Source: Nemertoderma westbladi (Eukaryota > Animalia > Xenacoelomorpha). Taken from it: DNA of 64,000 nucleotides. The notes beneath the pieces were generated by a model. It had not been told where the DNA came from, did no database searches, and saw only the letters and a program-made list of their open reading frames with translations. Position 1 is the stretch's first letter, and each line of letters begins with the position of its first letter. The stretch lies in the NCBI GenBank assembly GCA_032718475.1, contig JAUCBJ010005383.1, forward strand, positions 1 to 64,000, written 5' to 3'. Both the position numbers and the translations under genes were made by a program. Shown in pieces: positions 51,880 to 63,960 of the stretch.

Positions 51880-54800
51880 GACGAACAACTCGTCTAACTG
51901 TAATGTACACTGGTTGTTATGACGAACAACTCGTCTAACTGTAATGTACACTGGTTGTTATGACGAACAACTCGTCGAACTGTAATGTACACTGGTTGTT
52001 ATGACGAATAACTCGTCGAACTGTAATGTACACTGGTTGTTATGACGAACAACTCGTCGAACTGTAATGTACACTGGTTGTTATGACGAACTGTAATGTA
52101 CACTGGTTGTTATGACAAACAACTCGTCGAACTGTAATGTACACTGGTTGTTATGACGAACAACTCGTCGAACTGTAATGTACACTGGTTGTTATGACGA
52201 ACAACTCGTCGAACTGTAATGTACACTGGTTGTTATGACGAACAACTCGTCGAACTGTAATGTACACTGGTTGTTATGACGAACAACTCGTCGAACTGTA
52301 ATGTACACTGGTTGTTATGACGAACAACTCGTCGAACTGTAATGTACACTGGTTGTTATGACGAACTGTAATGTACACTGGTTGTTATGACGAACTGTAA
52401 TGTACACTGGTTGTTATGACGAACTGTAATGTACACTGGTTGTTATGACGAACTGTAATGTACACTGGTTGTTATGACGAACAACTCGTCGAACTGTAAT
52501 GTACACTGGTTGTTATGACGAACAACTCGTCGAACTGTAATGTACACTGGTTGTTATGACGAATAACTCGTCGAACTGTAATGTACACTGGTTGTTATGA
52601 CGAACAACTCGTCGAACTGTAATGTACACTGGTTGTTATGACGAACAACTCGTCGAACTGTAATGTACACTGGTTGTTATGACGAACAACTCGTCGAACT
52701 GTAATGTACACTGGTTGTTATGACGAACAACTCGTCGAACTGTAATGTACACTGGTTGTTATGACGAACAACTCGTCGAACTGTAATGTACACTGGTTGT
52801 TATGACGAACAACTCGTCGAACTGTAATGTACACTGGTTGTTATGACGAACTGTAATGTACACTGGTTGTTATGACGAACAACTCGTCGAACTGTAATGT
52901 ACACTGGTTGTTATGACGAACAACTCGTCGAACTGTAATGTACACTGGTTGTTATGACGAACAACTCGTCGAACTGTAATGTACACTGGTTGTTATGACG
53001 AACTGTAATGTACACTGGTTGTTATGACGAACTGTAATGTACACTGGTTGTTATGACGAACAACTCGTCGAACTGTAATGTACACTGGTTGTTATGACGA
53101 ACAGCTCGTCGAACTGTAATGTACACTGGTTGCTATGACGAACTGTAATGTACACTGGTTGTTATGACGAACTGTAATGTACACTGGTTGTTATGACAAA
53201 CAACTCGTCGAACTGTAATGTACACTGGTTGTTATGACGAACAACTCGTCGAACTGTAATGTACACTGGTTGTTATGACGAACAACTCGTCGAACTGTAA
53301 TGTACACTGGTTGTTATGACGAACAACTCGTCGAACTGTAATGTACACTGGTTGTTATGACGAACAACTCGTCGAACTGTAATGTACACTGGTTGTTATG
53401 ACGAACAACTCGTCGAACTGTAATGTACACTGGTTGTTATGACGAATAACTCGTCGAACTGTAATGTACACTGGTTGTTATGACGAACAACTCGTCGAAC
53501 TGTAATGTACACTGGTTGTTATGACGAACAACTCGTCGAACTGTAATGTACACTGGTTGTTATGACGAACAACTCGTCGAACTGTAATGTACACTGGTTG
53601 TTATGACGAACAACTCGTCGAACTGTAATGTACACTGGTTGTTATGACGAATAACTCGTCGAACTGTAATGTACACTGGTTGTTATGACGAACAACTCGT
53701 CGAACTGTAATGTACACTGGTTGTTATGACGAACTGTAATGTACACTGGTTGTTATGACAAACAACTCGTCGAACTGTAATGTACACTGGTTGTTATGAC
53801 GAACAACTCGTCGAACTGTAATGTACACTGGTTGTTATGACGAACAACTCGTCGAACTGTAATGTACACTGGTTGTTATGACGAACAACTCGTCGAACTG
53901 TAATGTACACTGGTTGTTATGACGAACAACTCGTCGAACTGTAATGTACACTGGTTGTTATGACGAACAACTCGTCGAACTGTAATGTACACTGGTTGTT
54001 ATGACGAACAACTCGTCGAACTGTAATGTACACTGGTTGTTATGACGAACAACTCGTCGAACTGTAATGTACACTGGTTGTTATGACGAATAACTCGTCG
54101 AACTGTAATGTACACTGGTTGTTATGACGAACAACTCGTCGAACTGTAATGTACACTGGTTGTTATGACGAACTGTAATGTACACTGGTTGTTATGACAA
54201 ACAACTCGTCGAACTGTAATGTACACTGGTTGTTATGACGAACAACTCGTCGAACTGTAATGTACACTGGTTGTTATGACGAACAACTCGTCGAACTGTA
54301 ATGTACACTGGTTGTTATGACGAACAACTCGTCGAACTGTAATGTACACTGGTTGTTATGACGAACAACTCGTCGAACTGTAATGTACACTGGTTGTTAT
54401 GACGAACAACTCGTCGAACTGTAATGTACACTGGTTGTTATGACGAACAACTCGTCGAACTGTAATGTACACTGGTTGTTATGACGAACAACTCGTCGAA
54501 CTGTAATGTACACTGGTTGTTATGACGAACAGCTCGTCGAACTGTAATGTACACTGGTTGTTATGACGAATAACTCGTCGAACTGTAATGTACACTGGTT
54601 GTTATGACGAACAACTCGTCGAACTGTAATGTACACTGGTTGTTATGACGAACAACTCGTCTAACTGTAATGTACACTGGTTGTTATGACGAACAGCTCG
54701 TCGAACTGTAATGTACACTGGTTGTTATGACGAATAACTCGTCGAACTGTAATGTACACTGGTTGTTATGACGAACAACTCGTCGAACTGTAATGTACAC

Positions 54801-55015
54801 TGGTTGTTATGACGAACAACTCGTCGAACTGTAATGTACACTGGTTGTTATGACGAACAATTCGTCGAACTGTAATGTTCACTGGTTGTTATGACGAACA
54901 ATTCGTCGAACTGTAATGTACACTGGTTGTTATGACGAACAACTCGTCGAACTGTAATGTACACTGGTTGTTATGACGAACAACTCGTCGAACTGTAATG
55001 TACACTGGTTGTTAT
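51880..55015. repeat. Minisatellite, 41-bp unit with an interspersed 29-bp deletion variant, ~80 copies
   Basis: Unit GACGAACAACTCGTCGAACTGTAATGTACACTGGTTGTTAT; runs directly into the acceptor TGTTACAG. Confidence 0.98.
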
Positions 55016-55023
55016 TGTTACAG

Positions 55024-55245
55024 GCTAATAAATGCAACTCCCATAATAAACAATCAAAAATTGGCAAAGGATTGGGCGAGAAATGAATTAATTATTGAGG
55101 AAAAATGTCGTTTTCCCTGCAACTGGTACGATCTACAGAAAAAAATGAACGAACAAATCAAAGAGCGGAGAAGGGAAAAGAAAATACCGGTATCGGGTTC
55201 TAAGTTGGAAAGCGTCCACAGCCTGGAAAGTGTGAGTATGTACAA
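55024..55245 (+). CDS. CFAP97D2: CFAP97D-like, exon 4
   Basis: (R)LINATPIINNQKLAKDWARNELIIEEKCRFPCNWY matches the family end RI....P.Y....W..DW......I.RYP; donor AA|GTAAGT at 55246, phase 2. Confidence 0.85.
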
Positions 55246-55760
55246 GTAAGTATGACAATGTATTAATTAATTACAATTACAATGACAATATATATATACA
55301 CATATATACAATAATTACAATGACAATTAATTAATCTATCTGTATAAGACAGATAGGGGGGGGGGGGGGGGGGGGAACTGGAATCTCATCACTCTCCAGG
55401 GGAAATTGGATGCAAATAACAGCTGTTTACTCTCAAAAATAAAACTGTAACCTGTTCTATTGTGTTTAGTTTATTGTTTTGGTTAAAATAGCGCGCCACT
55501 GTAACCTGATCCTTTCCCTAAATTGATAAATTAACATTGAAGCGGGATATTAATTCGCCAAGATTGGATTTGCGTCCAGTTTCCCCCCTGTATCGTATGA
55601 GTTTAGTATTTAACCAAAATTAGGTTGTGTCAGGTACCTGAATTAAAACAGAATATCCCATCCCAGGACATGGTTACAACGATTTCTCCTGGTGCGTCGT
55701 AGTCCACAATTACAGGGAACTAATTCCGGCAGACCATATATAATTCGTTTTAATTTGCAG

Positions 55761-56655
55761 ACCAAGGTCGCTGTATCACTGTACCTACGGATATAGCGCA
55801 TTGACACGAAAATCACTTAACAGCGCGAAGATAAAACATAACGCCGGCGAAAAAACAAAAACTCGGAAGGAAATTAATAAACATAAAGCAACCCCTCCTG
55901 TGGGGAAGAAGCATGAAGAAACCGAGAGCATTTTAGGTAGAAAACGTCATCCTAGTCGGTTGCGCGAGGGTCAAAACGTCGAACAATCGAATGCGTTTCC
56001 TAATAACCTCACCGCTGTGGAGTCAAGGAGAAGGAGGGACCAATATTCGGGTGGTAAAGGCCCTCCACGTGATTCAACGAGAAGACCACACTCTCAACAT
56101 GTAATTAGCGGGCAAATGCCACGCGATGAAAAGGGCGGGCAAATGTCACGAGATGTGAAGGATGACAAAATGTCACGTGAAGCTAAGGGAAAACGACACT
56201 CTCATCGTGTATTTAGCAGACCAGTGCCACGTCATGTAAAGAGTGGACAAATGTCCAGTGCTGTAACGGGTACAGTTATATCCCGCGATCCGACATCAAG
56301 GGGACAGATATCTCGTGATGCACAAAGTGGACAGGGACAGGGTTCACGTTACGTAAAAAATGATTTTAACGACCAGTCAGGCCGTGCAGCAAGGTGCTCA
56401 CGTGATGTAGCAAGGTGCTCACGTGATATAGAGAGTGACAATGCAAGGTGCTCACGTGATGTAGAGAGTGACAATGCAAGGTGCTCACGTGATGTAGAGA
56501 GTGACAAAGGCGAAAGAAATGTAAGAATGTCATCGCTGTCACCCATTAATTATGACAAACCGTGGATATCAATAGAAACAATATCACCAGTAATCTTTTC
56601 CGATGCAGAGACAACTTTAGATGAAGAGGATATAGAAGGGGACAATGAAGGTTAA
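55761..56655 (+). CDS. CFAP97D2: CFAP97D-like, exon 5: basic disordered tail with acidic end (spliced CDS 1500 nt, 499 aa)
   Basis: TTTTAATTTGCAG acceptor; the phase-2 join gives K|PRSLYH, continuing into ORF 55801-56655; TAA 56653-56655. Confidence 0.7.
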
Positions 56656-56883
56656 ACATATTTATTTTGGTTTTAAACTGATAGGTGAAAACATATTATA
56701 ACTAAACTATATAAGGTATAATCAGAATATATGATCGTAAATAGAATTTCTGAAACGACTTGTAAGTTTAACAATGATTGTATGTATGTATGTATGTATT
56801 TATTTACTAGATTTTGACAACATAATTATCAACATGGGTTGATGATAGATAAATAACTTACTAGTATGTGAGGCGAGTCAAAA

Positions 56884-57016
56884 ATTATAATACGGCCTTT
56901 TTCTAAAAGTGGGTGTAGGTGTGTGTGTGTCAGTGTGTCGGAAGCCCTAATTGTGAAGACAAGAATTAACTGCCTGTTCCTTGAACACAGAGTCCTTTCT
57001 AGTAGCCAATAAACGC
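56884..57016 (+). mobile_element. Helitron-like interspersed repeat (copy B), upstream of the 36-bp array
   Basis: Matches the reverse complement of 9173-9310. Confidence 0.55.
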
Positions 57017-57095
57017 AGAGTATTTCTAGCTTTACTAGTCGTCAGAGGCAACGTGCCACTTCCCTCGCTTTCCCTTGCAAAACACTGTTGCGCAG

Positions 57096-58589
57096 CGCCA
57101 CTTGGTGGTCTCCACAGTACTTCATATAGCGCGCCACTTGGTGGTCTCCACGGTACTTCATATAGCGCGCCACTTGGTGGTCTCCACGGTACTTCATATA
57201 GCGCGCCACTTGGTGGTCTCCACGGTACTTCATATAGCGCGCCACTTGGTGGTCTCCACGGTACTTCATATAGCGCGCCACTTGGTGGTCTCCACAGTAC
57301 TTCATATAGCGCGCCACTTGGTGGTCTCCACGGTACTTCATATAGCGCGCCACTTGGTGGTCTCCACAGTACTTCATATAGCGCGCCACTTGGTGGTCTC
57401 CACGGTACTTCATATAGCGCGCCACTTGGTGGTCTCCACGGTACTTCATATAGCGCGCCACTTGGTGGTCTCCACAGTACTTCATATAGCGCGCCACTTG
57501 GTGGTCTCCACGGTACTTCATATAGCGCGCCACTTGGTGGTCTCCACAGTACTTCATATAGCGCGCCACTTGGTGGTCTCCACGGTACTTCATATAGCGC
57601 GCCACTTGGTGGTCTCCACAGTACTTCATATAGCGCGCCACTTGGTGGTCTCCACGGTACTTCGTATAGAGCGCCACTTGGTGGTCTCCACAGTACTTCA
57701 TATAGCGCGCCACTTGGTGGTCTCCACAGTACTTCATATCGCGCGCCATTTGGTGGTCTCCACGGTACTTCGTATAGAGCGCCACTTGGTGGTCTCCACG
57801 GTACTTCGTATAGCGCGCCACTTGGTGGTCTCCACGGTACTTCGTATAGAGCGCCACTTGGTGGTCTCCACAGTACTTCATATAGCGCGCCACTTGGTGG
57901 TCTCCACAGTACTTCATATCGCGCGCCACTTGGTGGTCTCCACGGTACTTCATATAGCGCGCCACTTGGTGGTCTCCACAGTACTTCATATAGAGCGCCA
58001 CTTGGTGGTCTCCACGGTACTTCGTATAGCGCGCCACTTGGTGGTCTCCACGGTACTTCGTATAGAGCGCCACTTGGTGGTCTCCACAGTACTTCATATA
58101 GCGCGCCACTTGGTGGTCTCCACAGTACTTCATATAGCGCGCCACTTGGAGGTCTCCACGGTACTTCATATAGCGCGCCACTTGGAGGTCTCCACAGTAC
58201 TTCATATAGCGCGCCACTTGGAGGTCTCCACAGTACTTCATATAGCGCGCCACTTGGTGGTCTCCACGGTACTTCATATAGCGCGCCACTTGGTGGTCTC
58301 CACGGTACTTCGTATAGCGCGCCACTTGGTGGTCTCCAAAGTACTTCATATAGCGCGCCACTTGGTGGTCTCCACGGTACTTCATATCGCGCGCCACTTG
58401 GTGGTCTCCACAGTACTTCATATAGCGCGCCACTTGGAGGTCTCCACGGTACTTCATATAGCGCGCCACTTGGTGGTCTCCACGGTGCTTCATATAGCGC
58501 GCCACTTGGTGGTCTCCACGGTACTTCGTATAGCGCGCCACTTGGTGGTCTCCACGGTACTTCGTATAGCGCGCCACTTGGTGGTCTCC
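57096..58589. repeat. Minisatellite, 36-bp GC-rich unit, ~41 copies
   Basis: Unit GCGCCACTTGGTGGTCTCCAC(G/A)GTACTTCATATAGC. Confidence 0.98.
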
Positions 58590-58904
58590 CTTGAATGTTT
58601 GGATCTGACCTGACCAAGTTGGTGAACTACTGACGATCTGAAGTGGGCAGATCTGGGCGGGTGTGGGCCACTCGGAATTCGACGAGGCGGTGCACAAATT
58701 GACATATGTACATTTCTTACAGTAGGGGTTTGGGTAAGGGGTGAGTTCCTACAGATAGTTTTATTAAAAAATTATGTTTATTTTTTAATGTTTTCGAGGC
58801 AACAAACACGACCGCATATCAATAGCAAGTTTCAGATTTAGTTTCAATTTAAAATTATTCAGCTAGCTAGAGTTCCAAAATCCACATGACACTCGTATTG
58901 AGAC

Positions 58905-59712
58905 CAAGGCGTACTATACAAGGCCATGCCATCGAGTTTACTGGGGGCACGATTTTTTTTACAACAATTTGATATTTTGATATGGGGAGAGTTCTATAAA
59001 TTTTCATTTGCTGCAATTTGGTCAATGGACGTAATTGAAGCCTCCTCGTTAAGAAGATAAAAATTTTTATGGTAGCTAGTGTTTTAGGTAGGTTTAGCTA
59101 GTAATTTCGACACTGGTTCCGACATCCTAGAACATTCTAGAACAAACATTTTTTAGAAAAAAATCTGGATTCTATTTAAAACGCATGGAATCGTTCTAAA
59201 ACATGTTGAAAATCAATAAAAAAATTTCACAATTAAAAAAAAAACTATATTTTTTTCACAATTTTTTTTATTGATTTTAAACACGTTTTAGAACGATTCC
59301 ATGCGTTTTAAATATAATCCAGATTTTTTTCTAAAAAATGTTCTAGAACAAAAAATATTTGTTCTAGAACATAATTTTTTTTAAAAATGAATAGCTAACA
59401 TGTTCTGGAACATTTTCTATACAAATAGTAAAAAGAACTAGAGCTACTACAAAATATTTATAGAGGGGAGTAGGATATCGGAACCAGTGTTGAAAGTACT
59501 AGCTAAACCTATCTAAAACACTAGCTACCATAAATTTGTTTATCTTGCTTAACGAGGAGGCTTCAATTACGTCCGTTGACCAAATTGCAGCAAATGAAAA
59601 TTTATAGAACTCTCCCCATATCAAAATATCAAATTGTTGTAAAAAAAAATCGTGCCCCCAGTCACCGCCCCCAGTTAACTCGATGGCATGGCCTTGTATA
59701 TAGTACGCCTTG
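58905..59712. mobile_element. Foldback MITE, hAT-like
   Basis: Termini CAAGGCGTACTA / TAGTACGCCTTG; arms ~220 bp plus an inner ~75-bp inverted pair; 8-bp TSD ATTGAGAC (58897-58904) and ATCGAGAC (59713-59720). Confidence 0.88.
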
Positions 59713-60028
59713 ATCGAGACACAGTTATAATTTGCAATGTTGCAATTAGTGATGTTTTGATGGAGTCTGTAATGTTGTATGCCTAATAACTAAAACTGAC
59801 AAGGCTTTGGAAATGTACCATAGTTTATAAAAATTACCCTGTTCTACAGTCGTCAATGTCGTGGTTAGTGCCAAATAAAATTAACGAGTGATTCGAGGCG
59901 ATTTTGAATTTATTCGAAGTTTTTTACAATATAAAAAAAAAAAAAAACTGAGTGGTTAAGAATATCAGTATGTTCCCAAACCGTAAAATTCAATTCAAAT
60001 TCAATAAATGTTTCATTTAGATTCTTAC

Positions 60029-60237
60029 CTGTAAGCAAATTGTTGAACTTTGAGTTTTATTTCTTGTATCAAAGAGGAAATATCGAAATTATTAGTCGCA
60101 TGTTGCTTTACCAGAGGTCCAATCATATTATACTTAATGGCCTTGAGGGCGTTAGAGGCCAATCGTTCTCCAGTCCATTCAACTGTTCTCTTAAACGACG
60201 GTGGATGGCATAAGAACAAACTTTGCTCCAACCTCAG
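60029..60237 (-). CDS. CDAN1: Codanin-1 homolog, internal exon (conserved C-terminal domain)
   Basis: TTTATTGCAG| LRLEQSLFLCHPPSFKRTVEWTGERLASNALKAIK..QFAY(R) |GTAAGA, versus codanin-1 [29 protein letters not shown]; phase-2 end joins 36915 in frame (YR-FCDER). Confidence 0.9.
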
Positions 60238-61440
60238 CTGCAATAAACATATAAAAAACTATTTAAGAAAATAAATGGTGTTCATATATGCTGCCATGGT
60301 AAACATACTAAAGTTATACTTAGAGGATGCACTACTGTCACTCATCCCCACCCCTCAGGATGCCAGCTAACCCCACATGATTATTTGGAGTTGCTATTGT
60401 ATTGTAGTAGTATACTTTATTTGTTGGGCCCATGTGAAGAATACAGACTTTCAGACTGGTTAGAAAAGCCTGCCTATGTAACCTGCTCCTTTCCCTAAAA
60501 AAAATGGTGAAATTAATTTGCATGATTTGTATTGTTTAATACTCGTACCGGTATTTCTATTATTATACTCAGATTATGCTGTTATGTATAATAAAAGTAT
60601 TGATTGAGAAAACCATGTTTATCTAAAATCTTTACAATTTTTGGGGAAATTTTTCCCGTCTTTTTTCCCGCTATTTCCCCGAGGAGACCGGGGAATTTGT
60701 GAAAAATATCAGAGTTTTTTCATACATAGAGGTACGATGCAGTACGCCAACGGGGTAATGAATATTCGAAAAAATTTTTTGAATAGGCTAAAGATTGTGA
60801 AAAAAATTTCCCGTATTTTTTCCCGGTTTTCTTCCCGATATTGTATTATTCCGTGTTTTCCCACCAGACAAGTGTTTTAGGCACATGTGTTTTTTAGCGT
60901 TTCAGTGCCCCCCAAACCGGAAATTCCCGTATCTATAGCTATTATTATTGTTATAATAGCTATAGGTAATATTACTACAGTATGTGTTACAGTAGCTAAT
61001 GGTTTTTATATCGCAAATAATAATGCTGTGCTAATGGTTTATTTAATAAGGGAAGTAGTGGTAGTATTTTTGAAAAATTTAATTTTAAAACAAGAGTTCA
61101 GTAATAAATAAATAAATAAAAATACTGTTTAAGTATTATTACACCATAACATCTCCCTTATTACAACAATCTCATATACAGTAGCTCAATATGGGTTTTC
61201 TTAGTATCGAACTAGCTCAAGTTCGTGTGCTGCGCGACGCCCCACTAACGTGTACTGTAAAGAAAGGCATTATAATTGTTTAAAAGGGTCGATTTGAACG
61301 TGAAAAATCTCTACATTGTGTTAATAAATTCTGCGAGCTACCCTCACATTTTTAGGTCCGCATAGCGAGATCACTAGTATTCACTCAGTTGTTGGTATTA
61401 TTGTTAATCTCCAGTTGGGTCAATCGCCGATATTGAATAG

Positions 61441-61935
61441 TATTGTGATGCTCGGTGGAGCCCTCTAGTAGTGCCTGTAGATTTCTATTTACCTCCAACA
61501 CCAGGTGGGAATCCGCCTGAACACCTCGCTGCTAACCTCTCGTGTGTGGCAGACACTGGGGAACAGGTGACTCCGGTTACTACCGCCATGGGACTTTCCC
61601 CCAGGGTCTGCATTCCGCGACCCAGAATACCCCCTAACTGGCCCATGTGAAGAATACCAGACTTTCTGCCGTTATATTTCACTTTGCATAGTTACCCCCA
61701 TGTGAAAAATACAAGGTTTTCACCAAAAACACAGGTTACAGAAGGGCTAAATCTAACCAAAACAATAAACGAATTAGTATATGTACAGGTTATAAGACAG
61801 AATAAGCGCTATAAAACACTTAATAAAAATAAATTAAAAAAAAATCTTCATAATAATATAAAATTCCAATAGAAAGTCGAACGAAAAGTGAAATCCTGGT
61901 ATTCTTCACATGGGGTAAACTGCAAAGTGAAATAT
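61441..61935. mobile_element. Interspersed composite repeat copy 2 (same MITE, left 53-bp unit single)
   Basis: Colinear with 11871-12880. A further isolated TIR start GGGCCCATGTGAAGAATAC lies at ~60426. Confidence 0.85.
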
Positions 61936-61940
61936 ACTAA

Positions 61941-63816
61941 TATACAGCAGAACGTCTGGCTGTATACATCACATTGGCCGTGTTATACAGCATAACGTCT
62001 GGCTGTATACATCACATTGGCCGTGTTATACAGCATAACGTCTGGCTGTATACATCACATTGGCCGTGTTATACAGCATAACGTCTGGCTGTATACATCA
62101 CATTGGCCGTGTTATACAGCATAACGTCTGGCTGTATACATCACATTGGCCGTGTTACACAGCAGAACGTCGGCTGTATACATCACATTGATCGTGTTAT
62201 ACAGCATAACGTCTGGCTGTATACATCACATTGATCGTGTTATACAGCATAACGTCTGTCTGTATACATCACATTGATCGTGTTATACAGCAGAACGTCG
62301 GCTGTATACATCACATTGGCCGTGTTATACAGCAGAACGTCTGGCTGTATACATCACATTGATCGTGTTATACAGCATAACGTCTGGCTGTATACATCAC
62401 ATTGATCGTGTTATACAGCATAACGTCTGTCTGTATACATCACATTGATCGTGTTATACAGCAGAACGTCGGCTGTATACATCACATTGGCCGTGTTATA
62501 CAGCAGAACGTCGGCTGTATACATCACATTGGCCGTGTTATACAGCATAACGTCTGGCTGTATACATCACATTGGCCGTGTTATACAGCAGAACGTCGGC
62601 TGTATACATCACATTGGCCGTGTTATACAGCAGAATGTCGGCTGTATACATCACATTGGTCGTATTATACAGCATAACGTCTGGCTGTATACATCACATT
62701 GGCCGTGTTATACAGCATAACGTCTGGCTGTATACATCACATTGGCCCTGTTATACAGCATAACGTCTGGCTGTATACATCACATTGGCCGTGTTATACA
62801 GCAGAACGTCGGCTGTATACATCACATTGGCCGTGTTATACAGCATAACGTCTGGCTGTATACATCACATTGGCCGTGTTATACAGCATAACGTCTGGCT
62901 GTATACATCACATTGGCCGTGTTATACAGCAGAACGTCGGCTGTATACATCACATTGGCCGTGTTATACAGCATAACGTCTGGCTGTATACATCACATTG
63001 GCCGTGTTATACAGCATAACGTCTGGCTGTATACATCACATTGGCCGTGTTATACAGCATAACGTCGGCTGTATATATCACATTGGCCGTGTTATACAGC
63101 ATAACGTCTGGCTGTATACATCACATTGGCCGTGTTATACAGCAGAACGTCGGCTGTATACATCACATTGGCCGTGTTATACAGCATAACGTCTGGCTGT
63201 ATACATCACATTGGCCGTGTTATACAGCATAACGTCTGGCTGTATACATCACATTGGCCGTGTTATACAGCATAACGTCGGCTGTATACATCACATTGGC
63301 CGTGTTATACAGCAGAACGTCGGCTGTATAAATCACATTGGCCGTGTTATACAGCATAACGTCTGGCTGTATACATCACATTGGCCGTGTTATACAGCAT
63401 AACGTCTGGCTGTATACATCACATTGGCCGTGTTATACAGCATAACGTCTGGCTGCATACATCACATTGGCCGTGTTAAACAGCAGAACGTCGGCTGTAT
63501 ACATCACATTGGCCGTGTTATACAGCATAACGTCTGGCTGTATACATCACATTGGCCGTGTTATACAGCAGAACGTCGGCTGTATACATCACATTGGCCG
63601 TGTTATACAGCATAACGTCTGGCTGTATACATCACATTGGCCGTGTTATACAGCAGAACGTCGGCTGTATACATCACATTGGCCGTGTTATACAGCAGAA
63701 CGTCGGCTGTATACATCACATTGGCCGTGTTATACAGCAGAACGTCTGGCTGTATACATCACATTGGCCGTGTTATACAGCATAACGTCTGGCTGTATAC
63801 ATCACATTGGCCGTGT
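61941..63816. repeat. Minisatellite, 43/42-bp unit, ~44 copies, with an 8-bp hairpin stem
   Basis: Unit TATACAGCATAACGTCTGGCTGTATACATCACATTGGCCGTGT (stem TATACAGC/GCTGTATA). Confidence 0.98.
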
Positions 63817-63889
63817 GGTGAGCAAGGCCATTGTGTGAGCATCAGTATTGTAATAGATTGTAATAAGCTGCAAAGTTTACTTATATAAT

Positions 63890-63960
63890 TATACTATACT
63901 AAACATCCAAAAGTCTGGGTGTGTTTCAGTCAGTCTGTGTGTCGGAAGCCAATTAATAAA
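63890..63960 (+). mobile_element. Helitron-like 5' end related to copies A and B
   Basis: TACTATACTAAA..GGGTGTGT..GTCTGTGTGTCGGAAGCCAAT shares the GTGTGTCGGAAGCC motif. Confidence 0.4.

Noticed and set aside
56947-58697. Four overlapping ORFs of more than 500 aa
   Set aside because: A 36-bp unit open in several frames on both strands, with no domain or splice support.
824-63816. CRISPR-like arrays
   Set aside because: All arrays are head-to-tail repeats without unique spacers, there are no cas genes and the context is eukaryotic.
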